Both the position numbers and the translations under genes were made by a program. The notes beneath the pieces were generated by a model that worked only from the letters and a program-made list of their open reading frames with translations, did no database searches and was not told the origin of the DNA. Below are positions 38,560 to 51,844 of a stretch of DNA of 64,000 nucleotides, in pieces; position 1 is the stretch's first letter, and each line of letters starts with the position of its first letter. Source of the DNA: Felis catus (lineage: Eukaryota); the NCBI RefSeq assembly GCF_018350175.1, contig NC_058368.1:45262001-45326000 (forward strand), read 5' to 3'.

Positions 38560-39975
38560 CTCTGGGCAATAAGAAACCTGCCTTCAGAGAGACACATCAT
38601 AATAATAGCGATCTGGGTTTTCTACTTCCTCAGTTCGCCTTAGGCAAAGGAGTAGGATTTGGGTAATATTACCTATTACTGATTATAACAAACTATAAAT
38701 TATATTTACATCCTAAAATTTTAATTAAAATAAATTCTGGAGTTTAGAACCTAATTTACTATAAAGGATCTGAATTAATAATATAAGTACCGCTTCAAAT
38801 TTCTGAAAATATTAATATATTACTAGTAGGGCAGAAAGAAATATACTATCTTTAAAATTACATGTCACTGCTGTGAAAAGTATTCTGTTCAGTAAAGGTT
38901 AAAGATGGCATGTGTAATTTAGAAAATAATTCATGTTTTGATTTTGAATGCATTTTTATTTGAATACATTCAACAATTCTAAAAAATGCATTTTCACGAT
39001 TTAGTTGGGTTATATACTCAAATGCATTCAGTAATTCTAAATAAATATAGCCACACATTTTACTTTTATTCTGTATTCCATCAGACAGATCTTTTACATT
39101 TATACAGTGTAGGAAGAAATATGAGATAGATGGAAGAAAAACTTTCTTTAATTCTTTTCTCTCCATTACAATTGATTGATATTTTCTCAACAAAGGATGG
39201 ATATGATTAATTATAGATTACTTAATAAACTAAGTATCTTTAGCAAATTAAAGCAATTCATTTTGCTATTGAACCTAATATAAAACTTTCTCAAAAATTA
39301 GATCCTTTCATCAATTTTTAAATAGCAAATGTAAGAGCATTTACTATTGCATATAAAATCATGTGATATTATCTATTATAATCAAGTGCAAGAATAGAAA
39401 TTTCTTTAATTTTGAGTATTGAATGGCTATTCAGAATGTGCATACTCCTAAAGAAATAAATTAACCTAAAACATACATGTGGTTGTAATTTTATATTGAC
39501 TTGAAAAAAGAGAAATGTCTTTCCCAGCACTGAATTAACATAACTGAGAATGAATATTATTGTATTGAACCACAATAAGTCTGTATTTAAATAATTCTCT
39601 AAATAAAATACTTCGATTGTATTAGATAGTTTATACTTTCAGAAAACAGGATGAGATTCAAAGAAGTAAATGTTGCTCTCTGTTATGGTTTTCTAAATAA
39701 ATGATTTAACGCTTTAAAAGATGTTGAGTTTGGAATTTCCAACTGGAAAATGTGATTCTGAATGCCAACTTCATGTATTTAAGCTCTTCTGCTTTAAATG
39801 TCAGGGCTATTCACCTGTAACAAGCACCAGACTGATCAAAGCGGTCAGGGAAATAGAAAATAGAAATGAAATCAAATATGACATATGGAAGAACAGAGCA
39901 GTACTATGACAACTTACATCCTTCATTGGGAATGGAATGGCACTTGAGTTGAATTTCTGAAAATGGGTTGGGGTG

Positions 39976-41946
39976 TTTTTAAATTTTATTTTTTTTTAGT
40001 TTTATGGAAAAATAATTGACATATATCACTGTGTTAGTGTATGGAGTACAGTATGTTAGATTTACATTTATTATGAAATGATTACCACAATAGTTTCAGC
40101 TAATATCCATCTGCCTATATGAAAAACTCAGGATTTGCTCTCCTAACTTTCCTATATGTCATTCAGTAGTGTTAGCTAAAATCATCATGCTGTACATTTC
40201 ATCTCTAGTACTTAATTAAAAGTTTGAACCTTTTGTTCACTTTCTCCAACAACCCTCCTCCACCCTCCTTCTCTGGTAACCACAGATCTGATCTCTTTTT
40301 CTATTAAGTTCAGTTTGTTTTTGTTTTTAGATTTCACATATAAGTGAGATCATACAATATTTGTCTTTTTCTGACATTTAGCATAATTTTTTCAAGGTCC
40401 GTCCATGTTGTTGCAAATGGTAGGATTTCCTCATTTTTCATGGCTAAACAATGTTCCATTATATATACCACAACTTCTTTATCTATGTATTCATTGATGG
40501 GTAAGTAGGTTGTTTCCATGTCTTGGCTATTGTAAATAGTTCTGCTATGAACAAGCGGTGCAGAAATATTTTCAAACTAGTGTTTTCATTACCTTTGGAA
40601 GTAGAATTGCTGAATTGTATGGTAGTTCTATTTTTAAGTTTCTGAGGATTTATATACTATTTTCCGTAGTGACTATTTTTTTTACATTTTTGCAGCACAA
40701 GAGTTCCCTTTTCTCTATATCCACATTAACCTTTGCTATCTCTTTTCTTTTTGATTATGGCCATTCTAACAGGTATGAGGTGATAGCTCGCTGTTATTGT
40801 TAAAATGTCAATACTACAAAAAGCCACTCACAGATTCAATGCAATCCCTATCAAGATTCCAATGGCATTTTCCAGAAATAGAAAAAAATACACCTAAAAT
40901 TTATATAAAACCACGTAAGACCCCAAATAGCCAAAGAAATACTGAAAAAGAACAATAAAGCAGGAGGTACCACATTTCCTGATTTCAAGCTATACTATAA
41001 CACTACAGTCATTAAGGCAGTATGGTAATGACATAAAAACAAACAAATAGGCCAATGAAACAGAACTGAGAGCCCAGAAATAAACCCATGCATACAGTCA
41101 AAAAATATTTGATAAGGAAGTCAAGAATACTCAATGGATAAAAGACAGTCTCTTCAATAAATGGTCTTAGGATAACTGCATATTCATGTATAAAAAAATA
41201 GAACTGGATGACTATCTTACACACTCACAAAAATTAATTTGAAGTGGATTAAAAACTTAAATGTAAGACCTGAAACCATGAAACTCCTAGAAGAAAACAT
41301 AGGAACAAAGCTTTTTTTAAAATGTTTTTTAATGTTTTATTTATTTTTGAGACAGAGAGAGACAGAGCATGAGCAGGGGAGGGACAGAGAGAAAGCAAGA
41401 CACAGAATCTGAACCAGGCTCTAGGCTCTGAGCCATCAGCACACAGCCCGTCATGGGGCTCGGGCTCACGAACTGTGAGATCACGACCTGAGCGGAAGTC
41501 GGACGCTCAACCTACGGAGCCACCCAGGCGCCTGGGAACAAAGCTCTTTGATATGGTTCTTGGTAATGATTACTTTGAAAATCACACCTAAAGCTTCAGA
41601 GGCAAAATGAAAAATAAACAAATGACACCACATTAAACTAAAAGGCCTCTGCATAGCAAAAGAAACCATCAACAAAGTAAAAAGACAACCTATGGAATGG
41701 GAAATATATTGTAAACTATATATATAAGATATGGGATTAATATCCAAAACATACCACTCAATAGCCAAAAAAAAAACAAACAAAAAAGCGAAGAACAAAC
41801 AAAACCAAAGATAAATAACCCAATTAAAAAATGAACAAAATACCTGAAAGAAACACCTTCTTTCTCCATAGAAGATATACAAAAGATCAATAGTTACATG
41901 AAACAATGATCATTATCACCTAGTCATTAGGGGAATGCAAATTAAA
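39976..41946 (-). mobile_element. 5'-inverted (twin-primed) L1, L1MA/L1_Carn-like: 39976-40794 antisense 3' part, 40795-41946 inverted ORF2 part
   Basis: Poly-T and antisense 3'UTR on the left; strand switch at 40794/40795; the two segments are contiguous in L1 coordinates. Confidence 0.9.
41313..41533 (-). mobile_element. SINEC_Fc inserted in L1
   Basis: TSD GGAACAAAGCT at 41302-41312/41535-41545, splitting the L1 ORF2 sequence. Confidence 0.96.
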
Positions 41947-42611
41947 TGTTATAGTCATCAAGTCATAAAAGTATAAAATTGTGATAATAAAATAGACTTT
42001 TGTACACTAGATTTAAAAAAACTGAAATTGAATGCATTTTTCACTGTGTAATCAAAAGTTAAAAACAAAATTTTATAGGAAAAATATACAAAAAGCTCTC
42101 CTTTCTTATCTTTTTCTTCTCCTTTGAACATAGGAAATATTAACACTTATTTTATAAAACTTTGGAGATATGAGTGGTTATTTGTCACCCTGCTGATTAG
42201 CAACATATTTCCTTTTAGTGGAAATATTCTTTATTTCTTTTTAGTGGAAAAAGGTCAGAGAATGTTTACCTATTATATAACATCACTGTAAGTAGGATGT
42301 AAATCTAAAGTGATATAAGTTGCAATATATATTCATTCAATATTTTTTATATACAACCTATGTTTTAGATGTTGGATCACACAGTGGACTTTCAATCTAC
42401 TTTTATTTTGGTTGCTGATAGTAACACATCAGTGAGAAAATATTCAATAAAATATATAAAAGACATAAGAAAAAGAGAGTGGTAGAATCTATTCTATGGA
42501 CACTTGAATGATAAAATTAAAAAAATGGGAATGTCTTCATAACTTTAGTAGAACATAAAATCTCAACTGTACTACTCTATCATTATATCCCTTTATATAC
42601 AGAAGGCATAT

Positions 42612-43089
42612 GGCTAAAATTAAAAACACAGGAAACAACAGATATTGGCAAGGATGTGGAGAAAGGGGAACCCTCTCATAACATTGTTGGGAATGCAAAC
42701 TGGTGCAGCCACTCTGGAAAACAGTATGGAGATTCCTCAAAAAATTAAAAATAGAACTACCCTAAGATCCAGCAGTTTCACTACTAGGTATTTACTCAAA
42801 GGACACAAAAATACTGATATGAAGGGACTTATGCACCCTGATGTTTAGAGCAGCATCATCGACAATAGCCAAATTATGGAAAAAGCCAAAATGTCCATTG
42901 ATAAAGAAGTTGTGGTATACTGGGGCATCGGGGTGGCTCAGTCAGTTAAGCGTCTGACTTCAGTTCAGATCATGATCTTGTGGTTTGTGGGTTTGAGCAC
43001 AGTGTCAAACTCTGTGCTAACATCTCAGACCCTGAAGCCTGCATTGAATTCTATGTCTCCCTCTCTCTCTGCCCCTTTCCTGCTTGTAC

Positions 43090-43146
<57 letters not shown>

Positions 43147-43626
43147 AATAAACATTAAAAAAAGAAGTTGCGGTATACACACACACACACACACACACAC
43201 ATACATACACACACATACATACACACACACAATGGAATATTACTCAGCCATCAAAAATCATAAAATCTTGTCATTTGCAATGACATGTGTATAATGCTAA
43301 GAGTGTATTATGCTAAGCAAAATAAGTCCGGCAGAGAAAGACAAATTCCACTCACCTGTGGAATTTAAGTAACAAAACATGAACACTGGGGGGAAAAAAG
43401 AGACACAAACCATAAAACAGACTCTTAACTATAGAGAAAAAACTGAGGGTTGCTGGAGGGGAGGAGGGTGTGAGGTTGGGTTAAACGGGTGATGGGTATT
43501 TAGGATGGTGTTTGTGATGAGCACTGGTATTGTATGTAAGTGATGAATCACTAAATTCTACACCTGAAACTAATATTACAATGTATGTTAACTGGAATTT
43601 AAATAAAAAATTGAAAGAAAAAATAA
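42612..43626 (+). mobile_element. Carnivore/felid L1, 5'-truncated
   Basis: ORF2 end ([37 protein letters not shown]) and 3'UTR; TSD AGAAGG(C/T)ATAT at 42601-42611/43627-43637. Confidence 0.95.
42922..43160 (+). mobile_element. SINEC_Fc2-like SINE inserted in L1
   Basis: TSD AAAGAAGTTG(T/C)GGTATAC at 42903-42920/43161-43178. Confidence 0.95.
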
Positions 43627-44168
43627 AGAAGGTATATTATCCTAATTTTACATATAATGCCCTATAGGGCTAGGCATTTCTAATATTATACTTTGATTTT
43701 ATACAGCATATTATGCTTAACTTAAAAAGAACATCTTATAGCAGTTAGATTATAAAACTCTATTCACTGCTCTAAGGTAAATAAAAGAAAGTCCAATTTG
43801 AAACAAATATAACTTCAATTGAGACAACTTACTTATTGCACATTCCTTTATTATCCTTTTTTGGCAGTTTCTGGTAAGAGAGATTCACATATGCTTTTGT
43901 GAAGCTATTGCACAAATAAAAGTTACATGACAACTTTATCTCTATTTCTTTAATGGTGATCTATTCAACCTATATAGAAGTTGAAGATTTAGCCAATTTA
44001 TACTGCCCCCCTTTCCTCTATTTCCTTCAATCATTTAGTAGTATTTGTAAATTTTAGTTTACCTTTGAATGATATGCTTGAGCTTATTTAATTTTCTGCC
44101 TTGTACATTTCCTCTCACTTGCTAACAATAATTCGTTCGTTCTGCCAGTGCAAATTCCTCAAGCTTTC

Positions 44169-44185
44169 TGTGTGTGTGTGTGTTT

Positions 44186-44216
<31 letters not shown>
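44169..44216. repeat. Interrupted (TG)n microsatellite
   Basis: Direct inspection. Confidence 0.96.
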
Positions 44217-44246
44217 CAGGTTTTTCTTATATCAATAACTCACCTA

Positions 44247-44470
44247 GGGTGCCTGGGTGGCTCAGTCAGCTGAGTGTCCAGCTCTTCATTTTGGCTCAGA
44301 TCATGATCCCAGGGTCATGGGATAGAGCCCCATGTCAGCCTCCATGGTGAGCATATATCTTGCTTAAGATTCCCTCTCTCTCTCTCTCTCCCTTTGTCGC
44401 TCTGCCCAGCCTACACTCTCTCTAAAATAATAAATAAATAAATAAATAAACAAACAAACAAACAAACAGA
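44247..44470 (+). mobile_element. CAN-SINE (old type) with (TAAA)n(CAAA)n tail
   Basis: gggtgcctgggtggctcagtc head, gatcccagggtcatgggatagagcccc body. Confidence 0.93.
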
Positions 44471-44489
44471 CAAACTCATCCACACAACT

Positions 44490-44810
44490 TCCACCCACCT
44501 AGATTTGAACACCAATCTCTGTGTCCTCAACTCAGCAAGTCCACAAAGATCACTTGAGATATTCATCTGTACTTCAGAGATCAGAATGTATGTTCTGACA
44601 GGTATCAGAAGATTCATGGGGCTCTTTTCATTTGCTTTCTTTTTCTCAGGGTTCATAGACTGTAACTGTACTGCCATAGCACTGCACATAGTACTTTATT
44701 GTGCAATGACTGAAAACTACTGTTTCATATATTTTGTCCAATTTCTAGTTGTTCAGAAAGAAAGGTTGCATCTAGTCCCTGTTCCTTCATCATAGCCAGA
44801 ACACAAGTCC
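44490..44810 (-). mobile_element. Ancient L1M (L1ME/L1M4-like) 5'-end fragment
   Basis: tttcatatattttgtccaatttctagttgtt...ccttcatcatagccagaacacaagtc resembles the antisense L1M 5' terminus. Confidence 0.55.
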
Positions 44811-45879
44811 ACATCCTCGTTTTTGTTTTTGTTTTCTCAAAGTTTACCACACAATTAGAATGCATGGCGAGGGTTAAGAATCACTCCATAACATAGAGTG
44901 CACTTTCTTCCAAAATAGAGAAACTTTACATGATCTTAAAATATGAGGCACATTAATTTTCTATCCATCTCTTCAGCTTCTACCCAATTTCATTTTGCCT
45001 CAAGAGATAGATTTACGTTTTTTTTTTCTTTTTCTTTTTAAGTTGATTAACCTTTGTTTCTTTCAACAGCTGAGTTTCTGCTTGAAGTTCATTCCTCACA
45101 TCAGAAGCTTTGGCATTAACTGAGAGCATATTAAAAAATCCAGAATCTCAAATCTATTGGATTGAAGTCTGAATATTCACAGGATCCTTGGGTGATACCT
45201 GAGAACCTTATAGTCTGATAAATCCTGAATAAGATACATATTATAAACCTAAGGAAAACCAAATGAAATTGAAAGGTGAATAATCAACTAATAAGGCATT
45301 TAAAAGACCACCTAAACGGTAAGTTATTTTGTGTTTTCAGTTGCATTGATTATGTATATGCTACTGCTTTTATGTCACACCTTTCTACATTACGTTACAC
45401 AAAGTTTCTCCCTAGAATGATAAAGTGGTAATCAAAGTAAATATCATATAGCGGAAAGTGAGTCCCAGCTCTTGGCATCTTATTTGTGAGTCAGTTTCAG
45501 AGAAGAGGTCAACAACAACATTCTGTCTTTTTCTAATTTTAGTTGATTCTGTCATTTAGTTCCATTTAGTGTCAGGTTGTGTTAAAATTGCTGGAGTACA
45601 CATAAACCAGTTCAAGAAAAGAATGGCTAGTCTTTGGAAATAATTGACAGAATAATAAACCTTTTACTATTTTACTTTGCAGGAAGTCAGGAAACATCAA
45701 CAGTTATGCCACTTCTGAGTCCTTCTGAAATTTTTATGGAATTTGTAAATCAAGAGGGAGCAATTCACATTTATTGAGAGAAAAGTAAAATACTTTTGAA
45801 AGGTAAATGTAAATGTATTATTTATTGTTAAGGTAAATTTGGTAGTTTTTTTCTTCTACCTAGTCCTCTTTCAACTCCA

Positions 45880-46052
45880 CAAATTTAATAGGTAAGCATG
45901 TATTAAATATTTTTTGGGAATAATGTGGTGGGGACTGCAAAGTAAGATAATATAAGACACCATTACATTATCTAACATAGGTAACAATTTGCCAGGAGAA
46001 CATGAGACATAAACACAAGACAGTCCAATATAAAGTAAGATAAATGGCATTT

Positions 46053-46096
<44 letters not shown>

Positions 46097-47000
46097 TATA
46101 TATGTATATACACACACACATACATACATACATATATGAATTAAGACAGCATCTTTTAACTTTGGCATCAAAAGGAAATTCATGGGGAAAAGATAAAATA
46201 TGGCCAGGTGCTAATGACACCAGGTTGGCACTCCTAGTAGATAGTATCCAGTTAGGGAAAATCTGATGGCAAGAATCCACAGACATGGTTTACCTGGATG
46301 ATTACATAGGAAATTGGAGGTAAGAAAGATTAAAATGATCTTTGGTGTAGTGAAATAGGGAAAGAGAGAATTTGTGTGCAGTATGGCCTGAAAGGTTTTG
46401 ACTAAGTGAGTGACAAAAGCAGCTATGTGTTCTATAAAAGACATCATTACACAGGGGAGTTAGAGAACTGTAGAGTTAGCTCTGCAACAATCTTGGTAAG
46501 AGAATAATCCGAATTGAAAGTCAGCAATATATATGAGAGAGGTACTGGAAGTAGATACTACACCAATATGAAAATAACAGGATAGAGGAAAACTCTTAAA
46601 GTATCAAAAATCATCAAAAGGAATCCAATTTTTCTTGGGGGATAGCTCCATTTGTAGATATTGTAAAGTAAAGAGAAAGAACTGATTGCTCTGGGAAAGG
46701 GGTCTGAGGCATGCTGAATTTATGATGTTCCTGGAAAATCTAAGGGGAAATGTAAAACAAGCAGATGAAGCATGTCTAGATTTAATAAGATAATTTAAAG
46801 ACATATCAGTTTAACTTGGCTTCTGTGAATATTCTGTGAATATACATAGTATGTATGTAACCAAAAGAGATAATAAAGATAGAACTGCATGAAACCAAGG
46901 AAATGTATTTGAGATAAAAGGGAAAAGACCAAGAAGTAAGTTAGTCAGCATAGTTTTAAGGAAATAGAGGTATAAACCATAGAAGAGAGAGAAGAAAGTA
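45880..47000 (-). mobile_element. Decayed L2 (antisense), interrupted by a microsatellite
   Basis: Purine-rich antisense L2-like motifs (aggttttgactaagtgagtgacaaaagc, gcatgctgaatttatgatgttcctgg...ggaaatgt). Confidence 0.5.
46056..46137. repeat. Compound (TA)n/(CA)n microsatellite
   Basis: Direct inspection. Confidence 0.96.
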
Positions 47001-47922
47001 GAAAATAAAAATGTCCACAATGACAAGAGTCAGAACAAATGCAAGGAAACAAAGGAAGAGAATTGCAATATGTACCAACAGCTTCAAGTATTTCAAAATG
47101 ATCAAGAAAAAAATAAGTAAAATGAATTATTATTGAATATACACTTGAGTGTCACACAAGCGTTTGGACTTTACAGATAGTGTCTCTGTGATGTGATTCT
47201 AGAACTCAGAATAATCTCCCCATTTTACGGTCAGCTGATTCAATTAGTGACTTTATTTCCATGTGTAATGTCTGTTTCCTGTAGTACCTATGTTTATGTT
47301 TCATTGAATAAGCAGGGTATGGGAATCTTAGGGGAATCTTCCTTAGGATTCCACCTACCACAAGTGGAATATTTTTTCAGGTCCACACAACTTTTTCTGC
47401 ACATCTTATGTCTCATAGTTCATGTCTAGCTGGTGGCTGCCAGTCGATTTCTTGTTTCAGATACCTCATTCCCAATGTCTAAATGAACATTTGTTCACAA
47501 GGACTTTCTAAGTAATACTTAATACTGAAATGCTACGGAGGGTAGTTTCTTCTGATAGCTTCCTGCTTTAAGTGTGAACCTAAAATGACTCTCAGGATAA
47601 GGGGTTCAAAGACACAGCCTTGGTGTTCCCTCCAAAACTAGGCAGGGTGGGATGTTGTTTCCTTTCTCAATTAGTTATGTTTTCTTCCCCACTAGGCAAA
47701 GAGAGTTGCAGTAAACCTATCTCCTTGATTGACGTCTGGCCAAAAAACAAAACAAAAACCTTTCAATAAAAACAGTTCTGCTCACATCCGATAGCCTTGG
47801 GAACTAGAACACTGCATGATTTCTGCCTTGACATTCGCAAATACCTCACCAAACTCTCACAAAGCAGGACAGTGAGTGTTTCTACTTAATCAGGAATATT
47901 CCATAAGAAAGGAGATAATTTT

Positions 47923-48143
47923 GGGGTGCCTGGGAGGCTCAGTCGGTTGGGCCGACCAGCTCAGGTCATGATCTCACCATTTGTGGGTTTGAGCCCCGCA
48001 TCAGGCTCTGTGCTGACAGCTCGGAGCCTGGCACCTGCTTCGGATTCTGTGTCTACCCTCTCTCTCTATGCACCTCCCCTGCTCACATTCTGTCTCTCTC
48101 TCTCTCAAAAATAAACAAACATTAAAAAAAAAGAAAAGAAAAA
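47923..48143 (+). mobile_element. SINEC_Fc2-like SINE
   Basis: TSD AAAGGA(G/T)ATAATTT at 47908-47921/48144-48157. Confidence 0.95.
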
Positions 48144-49216
48144 AAAGGATATAATTTAAATGAGGGTAATGAGAGATATAGAGAGAATGGCATTGGGGAT
48201 ATAAGTTATGCCTTAAGGACATAAAAATATCCTTATTCTCAGAAAGTTCAGCACAGAAGAAATACCATTTTCTCATGGGAAAAAAAGCATAGCAAAGGTA
48301 TTCTGTCCAAAGCAAATTATCACCTCCCCACTCTTTGTAGCTCTTGCTTTTTCTAAGCAACAAATTGCTCTGCTCTGCATTCTTCTCACCCAAATTTGCT
48401 GCTCTGCACTTTCTTCTGCTAAGATCTAATTCAAAATAAAGAGCAAAACAAATAATATGCCCCAAAGTTGCCACGATAAACTTTAAATAAACATAAAATT
48501 TCCATTTAGTCCTCCATTGTGCTATAATTTTTGTCCAAGAACTCAACTTCATCTTAATATTCACCATATGGCTACTCCCTCTACCTATCTAGTCATTGCT
48601 GTTGGACACAGACAACCTCATATCTTGGCATGATCAGCAGTAGTAGTATTTCCACCTCACTCCCTTTCACAGCAAGGGTAGAAACTCTAAGGTTACAGAA
48701 GATTCTTAATCCATAGAATATCCCCAGATAAAGTTGAGCCTATTGACCAGGAAAAAAAGTGGGGGAAATATTGTTTAAAAATTCAGATATTGTATCTGGC
48801 ACCTATAGGTTAGAATTGGATGAAAATGAAGATAAGTATGTTTGGAAAGTTGGGTTTTTTTTAATGCGATAACTTCTTGAGCACTTATTATAGCCAGACA
48901 CTGTGCAGTGCACTTAGATCTAAAAGGTTACCCTTTCCCACACCAGTTTAGGATCTAGCTGTTAGAGAAACATAACTAGGAAGTAAGTCATGAATAGTTA
49001 ATGAGGGTCCAAAGAAAGGAGAAGGCGTCAAATAATAGTAAAATTTGTTGGAGATAGCAAGGAGGGAACAAGTTCTGGGATAATTCGAATTGATTGTCTC
49101 AGAAATACAGCTCTTTAGGACTCCTGCTAAGTGGCCAACATCCTTTCTTGCAGACTTGTTTCTACAAGTGCCTTTGCAACAATGAAAATTAGACAAGTGT
49201 AGCGCTGATTAAGATT

Positions 49217-49280
<64 letters not shown>
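49217..49280. repeat. (AGAA)16 tetranucleotide STR
   Basis: Perfect repeat followed by AGAC x2. Confidence 0.98.
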
Positions 49281-49283
<3 letters not shown>

Positions 49284-51844
49284 CAGACATTGCATACAAA
49301 GGGCTATTGCTTCATTTTGTTTTCATTTTAAATATTTTATTTGTCCCCAAATCAAGATATTTTCCAATCTGAATTATTGGTCTATTGTGAAAACTAAAAT
49401 AAAAAATACAGCACAAGGTGAAAAGTGATGTCCAGAAAGTCTTACTAAAGGCATTCCTCTTTGTTCCTGAACCTGAAAAGCCTTCAAAATAAATTTAAAT
49501 TGACAAACTTAAAATAGATTATTAATTACATATTAAGTAAAACAGCTATGACATAATTCCGGCACACCAGTTCATAAAACAGGATCTCTTGGTAATTTGA
49601 TTGATGTAATTTTGTTCTCCATAGATTTATAATTTATAGCAAGCTGACTTTAAAAATTATTAGATGCAACTGATTGATGTAATTAGACCATGAAAATGAA
49701 TGAAATCTTCTGACATATTAGGCAGTAACTCATTTAAATGAGGTGCCTAATTTGTTAGCTTCCAGAATCAAGTCAATTTTAGATAAGTAATTTATATTGC
49801 TGAATTATACTCCAATTTATGAGGACAAAAATATTAAACACTATACAGTCTGTTGAGGGACTGCCAAAGAATCAAGGATTTTAGTGCTGAGAAGGTTAAG
49901 TGTGTAAATGCTTAATGACCTAAACCAACAAGCCAAGATTTTTTAAAACAATAAAAGTCAATAATATAGTTCAAAGCGGTGACAACTGCTAATTTATGAG
50001 GTATTAAATCTTGCCAGCTGGGCTAGGTATTGCCAGGTATAGTATTCTACTCAAGGAAATCTTTTGCAAGCCAATAATATAGTTGGAATTTACTTCGACT
50101 CATGGATTTTAATAGAATGTGTATCAAAAACTGAAAATGTTGTTTTCATCAGGAAAGAATGGAGTGTTGGTTTATAATTGAACTACAGGGATCTATTTAT
50201 AACTACTTAACTACTCACTGAGGCTTGAAGATGCATATATGATATTTATACAAAAATAAAGATACTCCAAGGGAGAATGATTTGTCACTTGGTCAAGACA
50301 CTGTCTCAGGATATACACAGTGCAGAGCATATTTCTCTTGTTCATCATGAGAGAAGTTAGAATCTAATTTGGTATGCAATACCTTTCTCAGTTGGAATGA
50401 AGGCATTGTGTAGCCCATGAAACAGTGGCAATTGCAAAAAGCCACAAACTAGAGCACCAGAGAGGCTAACAGCAAACCAAATAATCATCTGCTGATCACA
50501 GAGCTTACCCGTCAATCACACATACATGGGGTGAACAGCCCGCTGTTGTCTTTTGGTTGGGACAACAATGACCATTTAAAAAGATGTAGAAGTGTGCTCT
50601 CTTTGAGACATCGGAGTTTATGTATCTCACTGCACATATATTTTTACATTTTGAAATAATCTTTTAAACTGCAGAAACTTCAATTATTAATAGGCCGTTT
50701 CCTTGCTCTTTAAGAGTAGTTTGGGCTTTGGGACACTTTAAGACACAGTATTTTAATAATTTCACATAATTTTACATTCCAAAAAAGATAAAATACCTTT
50801 GTATTTTAAACACTGGCTGCTGTTCACATTTATTTTTGTAGCTGTGTATCTATATGAATTATTGTATGTATGCAGTAGACATTAACACTAAGAGTGATAT
50901 AAATTGTTCCAACATGGGAATACTTTTTCTTACAATCTATTAACATTTTAATATAAAAATCTGTTTTACCATGTTATCAGAAAAAGCATATCTTTGGGGG
51001 GTAAAATATAAACATTCCTTGGGCCTTTTTTAACTACTCTGTTTATGTGTCCATATTCATATATATGACTTTTTCATATTATCTAGAATCAATCCAACTG
51101 ATGATTAGTTTCATATTCCTATGCTCATTCTTTCTTTGACACAGTATTTTCATCTATTGTAATATGCATTGTTTTTCTAAATGTCAAACCCTTCTAAACG
51201 TGGGCAGGAAACAGTCTAGCTTACAACAGAGGCAACCGTCCACCCAAGTGCAGAATACTATTAAATCACCCAAGACAAAGCTGGAATACTTGCTTCCTAA
51301 GAAAGCTGTACTGTTGGGCATTTTATTTTTATATCTTTTAACTGAAACCAGACATTTAAGATTTCAAAGAACCACAATAATCCAGAGAAAATGTTTTGGA
51401 GTAGGCCTATGAGAATGCTGAACTCTTTTTAAGAGAAAATGTTTTTTTTTGTTTTGTTTTTGTTTTTCTTTAGATTTGGGAAAGAGGAGGAGGAGGTAGG
51501 AAGAGTGAGGTTGAAGTTTTAAAAATTCAAGAAAACAACAGCTGATGAATATTTTTACATGTATTAAGAAAAGTATGTTTTAGCTGTCAGACTTGATGCC
51601 AATATGATGCCAGTCAATACCCCCATAATTTCTGACTGTGAGGATGGTCTTTAGAGATGTTTGCTTTCTCTTTCCCACATATTTTCTAGAGTCACACAGA
51701 CTCCACAAAACACAGAGAAGAGCCAAGTATTTTTGAAAGAAATAAGTCGAATGAGACTGATTATGGGGTTTATAATAAGAAAATTAGATTATTAGTTTAT
51801 ACCAATATTAAACTGGGTTTTAATTTCCTGTGATTTAAATTCCT

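Noticed and set aside
38858..39450. 111-aa minus-strand ORF and upstream frames with a vague RhoGEF/DH-like look (SYICYLKIDERI*FLRKF...HPLLRKYQ...VFLPSISYFFLHCIN)
   Set aside because: It needs a stop read-through and a frameshift, the composition (F/L/I/K/N/Y) is what AT-rich DNA yields, splice sites are weak, and it contains a local ~25-bp duplication (aat(a/g)cattca..aattcta). Only an HMMER/tBLASTn hit would revive it.
48001..48567. Longest ORF (188 aa, minus strand)
   Set aside because: The C-terminus is antisense SINE translation (FLRERETECEQGR...); the rest is AT-biased with no recognisable domain or exon boundaries.
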